Part shown: one piece after another, positions 1-11,011 of the stretch
How positions within the stretch are numbered: the first letter of the stretch is position 1
Layout: each line of letters opens with the position of its first letter
Origin: Perkinsela sp. CCAP 1560/9
Lineage: Eukaryota > Protista > Euglenozoa: Kinetoplastea
Assembly (NCBI GenBank): GCA_965644495.1
Contig: CBFFSA010000072.1
Span: forward strand, 1 to 27,278
Direction: 5' to 3'
Length of the DNA: 27,278 nucleotides
Notes under the pieces: model-generated
What the model was told of the DNA's origin: nothing
The model's database searches: none
Seen by the model: only the letters and a program-made list of their open reading frames with translations
Position numbers and translations under genes: made by a program

Positions 1-3000
1 TCCTCTTTCTTCCTCTTTCTTCCTCTTTCTTCCTCTTTCTTCCTCTTTCTTCCTCTTTCTTCCTCTTTCTTCCTCTTTCTTCCTCTTCTTCCTCTTTCTT
101 CCTCTTGTCTTCCTCGTTTCTTCCTCTGTCTTCCTCTTTCTTCCGCTTTCTTCCTCTTTCTTCCTCTTTCTTCTCTTTCTTCCTCTTTCTTCCTCTTTCT
201 TCCTCTTTCTCCTCTTCTTCTCTTTCTTCCTCTTTCTTCCTCTTTCTTCCTCTTTCTTCTCTTCTTCCTCTTTCTTCCGCTTCTTCCTCTTTCTTCCTCT
301 TTCTTCCTCTTTCTTCCTCTTTCTTCCTCTTTCTTCCTCTTTCTTCCTCTTTCTTCCTCTTTCTTCCTCTTTCTTCCTCTTTCTTCCTCTTTCTTCCTCT
401 TTCTTCCTCTTTCTTCCTCTTTCTTCCTCTTTCTTCCTCTTTCTTCCTCTTTCTTCCTCTTTCTTCCTCTTTCTTCCTCTTCGTCTCTCTTTCTTCCTCT
501 TTCTTCCTCTTTCTTCCTCTTCTTCCTCTTTCTTCCTCTTTCTTCCTCTTTCTTCCTCTTTCTTCCTCTTTCTTCTTTCTTCTTCTTCCTCTTCTTCCTC
601 TTTCTTCCTCTTTCTTCCTCTTCTCTCTCTTTCTTCCTCTTCTTCCTTCTTCCGCTTTCTTCCTCTTTCTTCTCTTTCTTCCTCTTTCTTCTCTTTCTTC
701 CTCTTTCTTCCTCTTTCTTCCTCTTTCTTCCTCTTTCGTCCTCTTTCTTCTCTTTCTTCCTCTTTCTTCTCTTCTTCTCTTCTTCCTCTTTCTTCCTCTT
801 TCTTCCTCTTTCTTCCTCTTTCTTCCTCTTGCTTCCTCTTTCTTCCTCTTTCTTCCTCTTTCTCCTCTTTCTCCTCTTTCTTCCTCTTCTTCCTCTTTCT
901 TCCTCTTCTTCCTTCTTCCTCTTTCTTCCTCTTTCTTCCTTTTCTTCCTCTTTCTTCCTCTTTCTTCCTCTTTCTTCCTCTTCTTCTCTTCTTCCTCTTT
1001 CTTCCTCTTCTTCCTCTTTCTTCCTCTTTCTTCCTCTTTCTTCCTCTTTCTTCCTTCTTCTCTTTCTTCCTCTTTCTTCCTCTTTCTTCCTCTTTCTTCC
1101 TCTTTCTCCTCTTTCTTCCTCTTTCTTCCTCTTTCTTCCTCTTTCTTCCTCTTTCTTCCTCTTTCTTCCTCTTTCTTCCTCTTTCTTCCTCTTTCTTCCT
1201 CTTTCTTCCTCTTTCTTCCTCTTTCTTCCTCTTTCTTCCTCTTTCTTCCTCTTTCTTCCTCTTTCTCCTTTCTTCCTCTTTCTTCCTCTTTCTTCCTCTT
1301 TCTTCCTCTTTCTCTCTTCTTCCTCTTCTCCTCTTCTTCCTCTTTCTTCCTCTTTCTTCCTCTTTCTTCTCTTTCTTCCTCTTTCTTCCTCTTTCTTCCT
1401 CTTTCTTCCTCTTTCTTCCTCTTTCTTCCTCTTCTCCTCTTTCTTCTCTTTCTTCCTCTTTCTTCTCTTTCTTCCTCTTTCTTCCTCTTCTCCTCTTCTT
1501 CCTCTTTCTTCCTCTTTCTTCCTCTTTCTTCCTCTTTCTTCCTCTTTCTTCCTCTTTCTTCCTCTTTCTTCCTCTTTCTTCCTCTTTCTTCCTCTTTCTT
1601 CCTCTTTCTTCCTCTTCTCTCTTTCTTCCTCTTCTCTTCTTCCTCTTCTTCTCTTTCTTCCTCTTTCTTCTCTTTCTTCCTCTTTCTTCCTCTTCTTCCT
1701 CTTTCTTCCTCTTTCTTCCTCTTTCTTCCTCTTTCTTCCTCTTTCTTCTCTTTCTTCCTCTTTCTTCCTCTTTCTTCCTCTTTCTTCCGCTTTCTTCCCT
1801 CTTTCTTCTCTTTCTTCCTCTTTCTTCCTCTTCTTCCTCTTTCTTCCTCTTTCTTCCTCTTTCTTCCTCTTTCTTCCTCTTTCTTCCTCTTTCTTCCTCT
1901 TTCTTCCTCTTTCTTCCTCTTTCTTCCTCTTCTTCCTCTTTCTTCCTCTTTCTTCCTCTTTCTTCCTCTTTCTTCTCTTTCTTCCTCTTTCTTCCTCTTT
2001 CTTCCTCTTTCTCTCTTCTTCCTCTTTCTTCCTCTTTCTTCCTCTTTCTCCTCTTCTTCCTCTTTCTTCCTCTTTCTTCCTCTTTCCTTCCTCTTTCTTC
2101 CTCTTCTTCCTCTTCTTCCTCTTTCTTCCTCTTTCTTCCTCTTTCTTCCTCTTTCTTCCTCTTTCTTCCTCTTTCTTCCTCTTTCTCTCTTTCTTCCTCT
2201 TTCTTCCTCTTTCTTCCTCTTTCTTCCTCTTTCTTCCTCTTTCTTCCTCTTCTTCCTCTTTCTTCCTCTTCTCCGCTTTCTTCCTCTTTCTTCCTCTTTC
2301 TTCCTCTTTCTTCCTCTTTCTTCCTCTTTCTTCCTCTTTCTCCTCTTCTTCCTCTTTCTTCCTCTTTCTTCCCTCTTTCTTCCTCTTTCTTCCTCTTTCT
2401 TCCTCTTTCTTCCTCTTTCTTCCTCTTTCTTCCTCTTTCTTCCTCTTCTTCCTCTTTCTTCTCTTTCTTCCTCTTTCTTCCTCTTTCTTCCTCTTCTTCC
2501 TCTTTCTTCCTCTTTCTTCCTCTTTCTTCCTCTTCTTCCTCTTTCTTCCTCTTTCTTCCTCTTTCTTCCTCTTTCTTCCTCTTTCTTCCTCTTTCTTCCT
2601 CTTCTTCCTCTTCTTCCTCTTTCTTCCTCTTCTCCTCTTCTTCCTCTTTCTTCCTCTTTCTTCCTCTTTCTTCCTCTTTCTTCCTCTTTCTTCCTCTTTC
2701 TTCCTCTTTCTTCCTCTTTCTTCCTCTTTCTTCCTCTTTCTTCCTCTTCTTCCTCTTCTTCCTCTTTCTTCCTCTTTCTTCCTCTTTCTTCCTCTTTCTT
2801 CCTCTTTCTTCCTCTTTCTTCCTCTTTCTTCCTCTTTCTTCCTCTTTCTTCCTCTTTCTTCCTCTTTCTTCCTCTTTCTTCCTCTTTCTCTCTTCTTCTC
2901 TTCTTCCTCTTCTTCCTCTTTCTTCTCTTTCTTCCTCTTTCTTCCTCTTTCTTCCTCTTTCTTCCTCTTCTTCCTTTCTTCCTCTTTCTTCCTCTTCTTC

Positions 3001-6000
3001 CTCTTTCTTCCTCTTTCTTCCTCTTTCTTCCTCTTTCTTCCTCTTTCTTCCTCTTTCTTCCTCTTTCTTCTCTTTCTTCCTCTTTCTTCCTTCCTCTTCT
3101 TCCTCTTTCTTCCTCTTTCTTCCTCTTTCTTCCTCTTTCTTCCTCTTTCTTCTCCTCTTTCTTCCTCTTTCTTCCTCTTTCTTCCTCTTCTTCCTCTTTC
3201 TTCCTCTTTCTTCCTCTTTCTTCCTCTTCTTCCTCTTTCTTCCTCTTCTTCCTCTTTCTTCCTCTTTCTTCCTCTTCTTCCTCTTTCTTCCTCTTTCTCC
3301 TCTTTCTTCCTCTTTCTTCCTCTTTCTTCCTCTTTCTTCCTCTGTCTTCCTCTTTCTTCCTCTTTCTTCCTCTTTCTTCCTCTTTCTTCCTCTTTCTTCC
3401 TCTTTCTTCCTCTTCTTCCTCTTTCTCCTCTTTCTTCCTCTTTCTTCCTCTTTCTTCCTCTTTCTTCCTCTTTCTTCCTCTTTCTTCCTCTTTCTTCCTC
3501 TTTCTTCCTCTTTCTTCCTCTTTCTTCCTCTTCTTCCTCTTCTTCCTCTTTCTTCCTCTTTCTTCCTCTTTCTTCCTCTTTCTTCCTCTTTCTTCCTCTT
3601 TCTTCCTCTTTCTTCCTCTTCTCCTCTTCTCTCTCTTCCTCTTCTCCTCTTTCTTCCTCTTTCTTCCTCTTTCTTCCTCTTTCTTCCTCTTTCTCCTCTT
3701 TCTTCCTCTTTCTTCCTCTTTCTTCCTCTTTCTTCCTCTTTCTTCCTCTTTCTTCCTCTTTCTTCCTCTTTCTTCCTCTTCGCTTTCTCCTCTTCTTCCT
3801 CTTTCTTCCTCTTTCTTCCTCTTTCTTCCTCTTTCTTCCTCTTTCTTCCTCTTTCTTCCTCTTTCTTCCTCTTTCTTCCTCTTCTTCCTCTTTCTTCCCT
3901 TTCTTCTCTTTCTTCCTCTTTCTTCCTCTTCTTCCTCTTTCTTCCTCTTTCTTCCTCTTTCTTCCTCTTTCTCCTCTTCTTCTCTTTCTTCCTCTTTCTT
4001 CCTCTTTCTTCCTCTTTCTTCCTCTTTCTTCCTCTTTCTTCCTCTTTCTTCCTCTTTCTTCCTCTTTCTTCCTCTTTTCTTCCTCTTTCTTCCTCTTTCT
4101 TCTCTTTCTTCCTCTTTCTTCCTCTTTCTTCCTCTTTCTTCCTCTTTCTTCCTCTTTCTTCCTCTTTCTTCCTCTTTCTTCCTCTTCTTCCTCTTTCTTC
4201 CCTCTTTCTTCCTCTTTCTTCCTCTTCGTCCTCTTTCTTCCTCTTTCTTCCTCTTTCTTCCTCTTTCTTCCTCTTTCTTCCTCTTTCTTCCTCTTTCTTC
4301 CTCTTTCTTCCTCTTTCTTCCTCTTTCTTCCTCTTTCTTCCTCTTTCTTCCTCTTTCTTCCTCTTTCTTCCTCTTTCTTCCTCTTTCTTCCTCTTTCTTC
4401 CTCTTCTTCCTCTTCTTCCTCTTTCTTCCTCTTTCTTCTCTTCTTCCTCTTTCTCCTCTTTCTTCCTCTTTCTTCCTCTTTCTTCCTCTTTCTTCCTCTT
4501 TCTTCCTCTTTCTTCCTCTTTCTTCTCTTTCTTCCTCTTTCTTCCTCTTTCTTCCTCTTTCTCTCTTCTCCTCTTTCTTCCTCTTTCTTCCTCTTTCTTC
4601 CTCTTCTTCCTCTTTCTTCCTCTTTCTTCCTCTTTCTTCCTCTTTCTTCCTCTTTCTTCCTCTTTCTTCCTCTTTCTTCCTCTTTCTTCCTCTTCTTCCT
4701 CTTTCTTCCTCTTTCTTCCTCTTTCTTCCTCTTTCTCCTCTTTCTTCCTCTTTCTTCTCTTTCTTCCTCTTTCTTCCTCTTTCTTCCTCTTTCTTCCTCT
4801 TTCTTCTCTTTCTTCCTCTTTCTCCTCTTTCTTCCTCTTTCTTCCTCTTTCTTCCTCTTTCTTCCTCTTTCTTCCTCTTTCTTCCTCTTTCTTCCTCTTT
4901 CTCCTCTTTCTTCCTCTTTCTTCCTCTTTCTTCCTCTTCTTCCTCTTTCTTCCTCTTCTTCCTCGTTCTTCCTCTTTCTTCCTCTTTCTTCCTCTTCTTC
5001 CTCTTTCTCCTCTTTCTTCCTCTTTCTTCCTCTTTCTTCCTCTTTCTTCCTCTTTCTTCTCTTCTCCTTCTTCCTCTTTCTTCCTCTTTCTCCTCTTCTC
5101 CTCTTTCTTCTCTTTCTTCCTCTTTCTTCCTCTTTCTTCCTCTTCTTCCTCTTTCTTCCTCTTTCTTCCTCTTCTCCTCTTTCTTCCTCTTTCTTCTCTT
5201 TCTTCCTCTTTCTTCCTCTTTCTTCCTCTTTCTTCCTCTTTCTTCCTCTTTCTTCCTCTTTCTTCCTCTTTCTTCCTCTTTCTTCCTCTTTCTTCCTCTT
5301 TCTTCCTCTTTCGTCCTCTTTCTTCCTCTTTCTTCCTCTTTCTTCCTCTTTCTTCCTCTTTCTTCCTCTTCTTCCTCTTTCTTCCTCTTTCTCCTCTTCT
5401 TCTCTTCTCTCTTTCTTCCTCTTTCTTCCTCTTCTTCCTCTTCTTCCTCTTTCTTCCTCTTTCTTCCTCTTTCTTCCTCTTTCTTCCTTCTTCCTCTTCT
5501 TCTCTTTCTTCCTCTTTCTTCCTCTTTCTTCCTCTTTCTTCCTCTTTCTTCCTCTTTCTTCCTCTTTCTTCCTCTTTCTTCCTCTTTCTTCCTCTTTCTT
5601 CCTCTTCTTCTCTTTCTTCCTCTTTCTTCCTCTTTCTTCCTCTTTCTTCCTCTTTCTTCCTCTTTCTCCTCTTTCTTCCTCTTTCTTCCTCTTTCTTCCT
5701 CTTTCTTCCTCTTTCTTCCTCTTTCTTCCTCTTCTTCCTCTTTCTTCCTCTTTCTTCCTCTTTCTTCCTCTTTCTTCCTCTTTCTTCCTCTTTCTTCCTC
5801 TTTCTTCCTCTTTCTTCCTCTTTCTTCCTCTTTCTTCCTCTTTCTTCCTCTTTCTTCCTCTTTCTCTCTTTCTTCTCTTCTTCCTCTTTCTTCCTCTTTC
5901 TTCCTCTTTCTTCCTCTTTCTTCCTCTTTCTTCCTCTTTCTTCCTCTTTCTTCCTCTTTCTTCCTCTTTCTTCCTCTTTCTTCCTCTTTCTTCCTCTTTC

Positions 6001-8870
6001 TTCCTCTTTCTTCCTCTTTCTTCCTCTTCTTCCTCTTTCTTCCTCTTTCTTCCTCTTTCTCCTCTTTCTTCCTCGTCTTCCTCTTCTCCTCTTTCTTCCT
6101 CTTTCTTCCTCTTTCTTCCTCTTCTTCCTCTTCTCCTCTTTCTTCCTCTTTCTCCTCTTTCTTCCTCTTTCTTCCTCTTTCTTCCTCTTTCTTCCTCTTC
6201 CTTTCTTCCTCTTTCTACCTCTTCTTCCTCTTTCTTCCTCTTTCTTCCTCTTTCTTCCTCTTTCTTCCTCTTTCTTCCTCTTTCTTCCTCTTTCTTCCTC
6301 TTTCTTCCTCTTTCTTCCTCTTTCTTCCTCTTTCTTCCTCTTCTCCTCTTTCTTCCTCTTTCTTCCTCTTTCTTCCTCTTCTTCCTCTTTCTTCCTCTTT
6401 CTTCCTCTTTCTTCCTCTTTCTTCCTCTTTCTTCCTCTTTCTTCCTCTTTCTTCCTCTTTCTTCCTCTTTCTTCCTCTTTCTCCTCTTTCTTCCTCTTTC
6501 TTCCTCTTTCTTCTCTTTCTCCTCTTTCTTCCTCTTTCTCCTCTTTCTTCCTCTTCATCCTCTTTCTTCCTCTTTCTTCCTTCTTCTCTTCTTCCTCTTT
6601 CTCCTCTTTCTTCCTCTTTCTTCCTCTTTCTTCCTCTTCTTCCTCTTTCTTCCTCTTTCTTCCTCTTTCTTCCTCTTTCTTCCTCTTCTTCCTCTTCTTC
6701 CTCTTTCTTCCTCTTTCTTCTCTTCTTCCTCTTTCTTCCCTTCTTTCTTCCTCTTTCTTCCTCTTTCTTCCTCTTTCTTCCTCTTTTCTTCCTCTTTCTT
6801 CCTCTTCTTCCTCTTTCTTCCTCTTTCTTCCTCTTTCTTCCTCTTTCTCCTCTTCTTCCTCTTTCTTCCTCTTCTTCCTCTTTCTTCCTCTTTCTTCCTC
6901 TTTCCTCTCTTCCTCTTTCCTCTTCTCCTCTTTCTTCCTCTTCCTTCCTCTTTCTTCCTCTTTCTTCCTCTTTCTTCCTCTTTCTTCCTCTTTCTCCTCT
7001 TTCTTCCTCTTCTCTTCTTCCTCTTTCTTCCTCTTTCTTCCTCTTTCTTCCTCTTTCTTCCTCTTCTTCCTCTTCTCCTCTTTCTTCCTCTTCTTCCTCT
7101 TTCTTCCTCTTTCTTCCTCTTTCTCCTCTTTCTCTTCCTCTTTCTTCCTCTTTCTTCCTCTTCTCCTCTTCTCCTCTTTCTTCCTCTTTCTCCTCTTTCT
7201 TCCTCTTTCTTCCTCTTTCTTCCTCTTTCTTCCTCTTTCTTCCTCTTTCTTCCTCTTTCTTCCTCTTTCTTCCTCTTTCTTCCTCTTCTTCCTCTTTCTT
7301 CCTCTTTCTTCCTCTTTCTTCCTCTTCTTCCTCTTTCTTCCTCTTTCTCCTCTTCCTCTTTCTTCCTCTTTCTCCTCTTCCTCTTTCTTCCTCTTCTTCC
7401 TCTTTCTTCCTCTTTCTCCTCTTTCTTCCTCTTTCTTCCTCTTTCTTCCTCTTCTTCCTCTTTCTCCTCTTCTCCTCTTCTTCTCTTCTTCCTCTTCTTC
7501 CTCTTTCTCCTCTTTCTTCCTCTTTCATCCTCTTTCTTCCTCTTTCTTCCTCTTCCTTCCCTCTTTCTTCCTCTTTCTTCCTCTTTCTTCCTCTTTCTTC
7601 CTCTTTCTTCCTCTTCTTCCTCTTTCTTCCTCTTTCTTCCTCTTTCTTCCTCTTTCTCCTCTCCTCTTTCTTCCTCTTTCTTCCTCTTTCTTCCTCTTTC
7701 TTCCTCTTCTTCCTCTTTCTTCCTCTTTCTTCCTCTTTCTTCCTCTTTCTTCCTCTTATCTTCCTCTTTCTTCCTCTTTCTTCCCTCTTTCTTCCTCTTT
7801 CTTCCTCTTTCTTCCTCTTTCTTCCTCTTTCTTCCTCTTTCTTCCTCTTTCTTCCTCTTTCTTCCTCTTTCTTCCTCTTCTTCCTCTTTCTTCCTCTTTC
7901 TTCCTCTTTCTTCCTCTTCTCCTCTTTCTTCCTCTTTCTTCCTCTTTCTTCCTCTTTCTTCCTCTTCTCCTCTTCTTCCTCTTTCTTCCTCTTTCTTCCT
8001 CTTTCTTCCTCTTTCTTCCTCTTTCTTCCTCTTTCTTCCTCTTTCTTCCTCTTCTCTTTCTTCCTCTTTCTTCCTCTTTCTTCCTCTTTCTTCCTCTTTC
8101 TTCCTCTTTCTTCCTCTTTCTTCCTCTTTCTTCCTCTTTCTTCCTCTTTCTTCCTCTTTCTTCCTCTTTCTTCCTCTTTCTTCCTCTTTCTTCCTCTTTC
8201 TTCCTCTTTCTTCCTCTTTCTTCCTCTTTCTTCCTCTTTCTTCCTCTTTCTTCCTCTTTCTTCCTCTTTCTTCCTCTTTCTTCCTCTTTCTTCCTCTTTC
8301 TTCCTCTTTCTTCCTCTTTCTTCCTCTTTCTTCCTCTTTCTTCCTCTTTCTTCCTCTTTCTTCCTCTTTCTTCCTCTTTCTTCCTCTTTCTTCCTCTTTC
8401 TTCCTCTTTCTTCCTCTTTCTTCCTCTTTCTTCCTCTTTCTTCCTCTTTCTTCCTCTTTCTTCCTCTTTCTTCCTCTTTCTTCCTCTTTCTTCCTCTTTC
8501 TTCCTCTTTCTTCCTCTTTCTTCCTCTTTCTTCCTCTTTCTTCCTCTTTCTTCCTCTTTCTTCCTCTTTCTTCCTCTTTCTTCCTCTTTCTTCCTCTTTC
8601 TTCCTCTTTCTTCCTCTTTCTTCCTCTTTCTTCCTCTTTCTTCCTCTTTCTTCCTCTTTCTTCCTCTTTCTTCCTCTTTCTTCCTCTTTCTTCCTCTTTC
8701 TTCCTCTTTCTTCCTCTTTCTTCCTCTTTCTTCCTCTTTCTTCCTCTTTCTTCCTCTTTCTTCCTCTTTCTTCCTCTTTCTTCCTCTTTCTTCCTCTTTC
8801 TTCCTCTTTCTTCCTCTTTCTTCCTCTTTCTTCCTCTTTCTTCCTCTTTCTTCCTCTTTCTTCCTCTTTC
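1..8870. repeat. Tandem array of 10-mer TTTCTTCCTC (GAGGAAGAAA on minus strand); candidate telomere or terminal satellite
   Basis: Almost purely pyrimidine + strand from base 1. Perfect units over ~8060-8870; frequent short deletion variants further left. The repeat is certain; its telomeric role is inferred. Confidence 0.97.
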
Positions 8871-8941
8871 TTTCGATGAAGCACATTGAAAGTTGTACAC
8901 TTTCGATGAATCTTCATCGAAGGTGTTTTTGACTTTTTTTT
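8870..8941. repeat. Left inverted repeat (72 bp), shorter than the right-hand repeat block
   Basis: Exact reverse complement of 14511-14582 (CTTTCGATGAAGCACATTGAAAGTTGTACACTTTCGATGAATCTTCATCGAAGGTGTTTTTGAC-T8). Confidence 0.95.
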
Positions 8942-9107
8942 TATTTTTTCAAATCTTCACGCAAACGTTTTTCGCGGATCCATATAGACATTTTGACTAT
9001 TTTGGTACTTCATCGAAGTGTTTTGTGAAGGCTCGTAGAGGAATTTCACCGTTTCTTCAGTTTATCTTCATCGAAGCGTTTTTGACTGATCCATATACAT
9101 ATTTTGA
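8902..9107. repeat. Degenerate subterminal repeats with ~55-bp period (CTTCATCGAAG..GTTTT; GATCCATATA..TTTTGA)
   Basis: Motif copies near 8902, 8955 (degenerate), 9009 and 9067; GATCCATATA at 8977 and 9088. Confidence 0.7.
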
Positions 9108-9322
9108 GCGACAATTCTGCGGAAGGGGTAAACACAGGATTTTCGTTGAGTACTCAACGAACGGAAATTCACGGTGGAAATCAAGGACTTTTGCATAAGT
9201 CAAGGACTTTTGTGGAACATCCAAGAATTTTTTTTGATTTTCATTTTCCGTGCGTTCAGTATCCTACACTTCGCTATATACGTTGACAACGCCTGCGTAG
9301 CGAAAACTACGAAATTTAGTGA

Positions 9323-9545
9323 GCTTCGCAAATTGCTTCCCACTAACGACGCACAGGGGAACCCTACGCGGGGTACGGCTCAGGCCCGCTCACGCGGGCC
9401 CTCGCCGTTTCGCGGCCGCGCGCACCCCCGCTCACGCGGGGGCCCCCGCGCGGCCAAAATGGGTACTAAAATTTGTTATCAAGGTAGTTGGGCTTCGCAA
9501 ATTGCTTCCCACGAATGGGTACTAAAATTTGTTATCAAGGTAGTT
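9323..9545 (+). promoter_or_regulatory. 5' leader of the YR element with GC-rich hairpins and direct repeats
   Basis: Hairpin GGCCCGC-TCAC-GCGGGCC (9383-9400) and hairpin CCCCCGC-TCAC-GCGGGGG inside a GGCCGCGCG/CGCGCGGCC stem (9414-9455). 32-bp direct repeat at 9458/9514 and 21-bp direct repeat at 9323/9492. Function inferred. Confidence 0.55.
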
Positions 9546-9759
9546 TAAAAGTTTACGGTAAGAAATTTAGGCGAGGGCTATTTACTTACGTGGCCGGCGG
9601 GCATTGTACGCGCTGTATTTTAAGCTTTTATATGATTACATTTCAAGTGAAATTATTGATAATATGTATGTATTGTTTCTGGTAGAAATATTGTTCTGTT
9701 TGTTGATTTTGTGTTGTGTGAAGGCTATTCTTCAAAGTTTATTTACACGTTTTCGAAGA

Positions 9760-10830
9760 ATGTCACGAATTGTGAGCGCGGTTTCTAGAGCGATATCACT
9801 CGGACGTGCACGCAGCCCTGATCCGGTACCTCCTGAGTCTCCTCGCAGTTCTCCTCGGGCGACCCGTCATACTCTCAACCCTGACCAGGTTGAGGGTATA
9901 TTGCAAGGAGAGGATATAGCGACCCCGCTTAGTGATTCCGCAAAGTCCGATTTTTCGCAAAAAGTCCGTTTTTTACTTACCCGGGGCCACCGCGTATGGA
10001 TTCGCGCTATTTGGGGACACAAGGACGACAACGCGCGCCACACTGTCACGGGACGAGTTTATTTTCTCAATCCCGAAGACCCGGTGGGGAGTGAGTTGAA
10101 GGCCCGGTGGGACGACGAGCCTGATGTTGAGTACGGGTTTCCGTTTCCTGACATACACTATTTCTCCATCGAACTTGCGAAGGTCCAGGCCAGGATGCCC
10201 GGGGGGGAGCATGTGGAAAACCCTGTAACTTCCATCGCGCGTGTACCGGTGTCGGACCCCAAAGATTTTTCCCCGGTGATTCCGAAGACGTGGGGCCCTT
10301 GGGTGGAGTCAGAAGATGAGTTTAAACCGCGTGAGTTGATCCGCGAGTTACGGGACACCCCGGAGTTAGGAGTTCGTTTTAATCCCCCGCCTGCGCGAGA
10401 ACGACTGTTCCAACTTCTGACAAAGTGGATCTACGCAGCTCGTCAGCTGCAAGACTGGTCAACAGGATATTTTTATGAAATTGCAACTGGCTTGATTGAA
10501 GAACTCCGTAATCATTACTGGGCTGCTGCGGGTGCGCCGGTAGAGCGCGTACAGCAAAGACTCCACCAGGTCTCTACCCCCGAAGACGTTTATGGTAAAA
10601 CGATGCTCGAAGAGCAATTGAAGCAAACACGTATAAATCGTCGCCAAGGGCAGCAGCAACTGTTCTATAACTGTCGTGCTCCTGGGCATATACGGGCGAA
10701 CTGTCCCCAGCTACGTCAACCGGTTTTCTCCCGGGGGGTGGCGAGTGGCGCTGCACAGACGCAGACAACGTTCCGTCGCGGCGAAAGACGGACGATCCAA
10801 TATGGAGTATCATTTTATTTATTAAAATGA
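9760..10830 (+). CDS. gag: Gag-like protein of the YR retrotransposon (C-terminus altered by an insertion)
   Basis: Part of the 408-aa ORF; ATG 9760 is preferred because the upstream frame is T-rich and low-complexity. C-terminal knuckle F-YN-C-RAPG-H-IRAN-C matches CX2CX4HX4C with the first Cys replaced by Phe. Confidence 0.8.
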   Translation: MSRIVSAVSRAISLGRARSPDPVPPESPRSSPRATRHTLNPDQVEGILQGEDIATPLSDSAKSDFSQKVRFLLTRGHRVWIRAIWGHKDDNARHTVTGRVYFLNPEDPVGSELKARWDDEPDVEYGFPFPDIHYFSIELAKVQARMPGGEHVENPVTSIARVPVSDPKDFSPVIPKTWGPWVESEDEFKPRELIRELRDTPELGVRFNPPPARERLFQLLTKWIYAARQLQDWSTGYFYEIATGLIEELRNHYWAAAGAPVERVQQRLHQVSTPEDVYGKTMLEEQLKQTRINRRQGQQQLFYNCRAPGHIRANCPQLRQPVFSRGVASGAAQTQTTFRRGERRTIQYGVSFYLLK

Positions 10831-10998
10831 GATCCTTATTAAAAAATAAGGAAAGGTCTTACAATAAGGAAAGGTCTTACAATAAGGAAAGGTCTTACAA
10901 TAAGGAAAGGTCTTACAATAAGGAAAGGTCTTACAATAAGGAAAGGTCTTACAATAAGGAAAGGTCTTACAATAAGGAGAGGTCTTACAATAAGGAAA
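10803..10998 (+). mobile_element. 196-bp insertion carrying 8+ copies of 18-mer AATAAGGAAAGGTCTTAC, flanked by 9-bp TSD GATCCAATA
   Basis: GATCCAATA at 10794-10802 and 10999-11007; array at 10845-10998; removing the insert restores gag ...ATC CAA TAG. Confidence 0.85.
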
Positions 10999-11011
10999 GA
11001 TCCAATAGGGA

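Noticed and set aside
105-8917. Giant S/F/L/P and K/E/R/G ORFs (up to 2924 aa)
   Set aside because: Artefacts of a stop-free 10-mer array that is open in multiple frames on both strands.
8893-9685. Short ORFs upstream of gag, and short antisense/overlapping ORFs throughout the window
   Set aside because: No recognisable motifs; they overlap repeats or real element ORFs.
10845-10998. 18-mer array as a CRISPR array or as an (NKERSY)n protein
   Set aside because: No spacers and no cas genes; the array lies in a TSD-flanked insertion and its ORFs are incidental.
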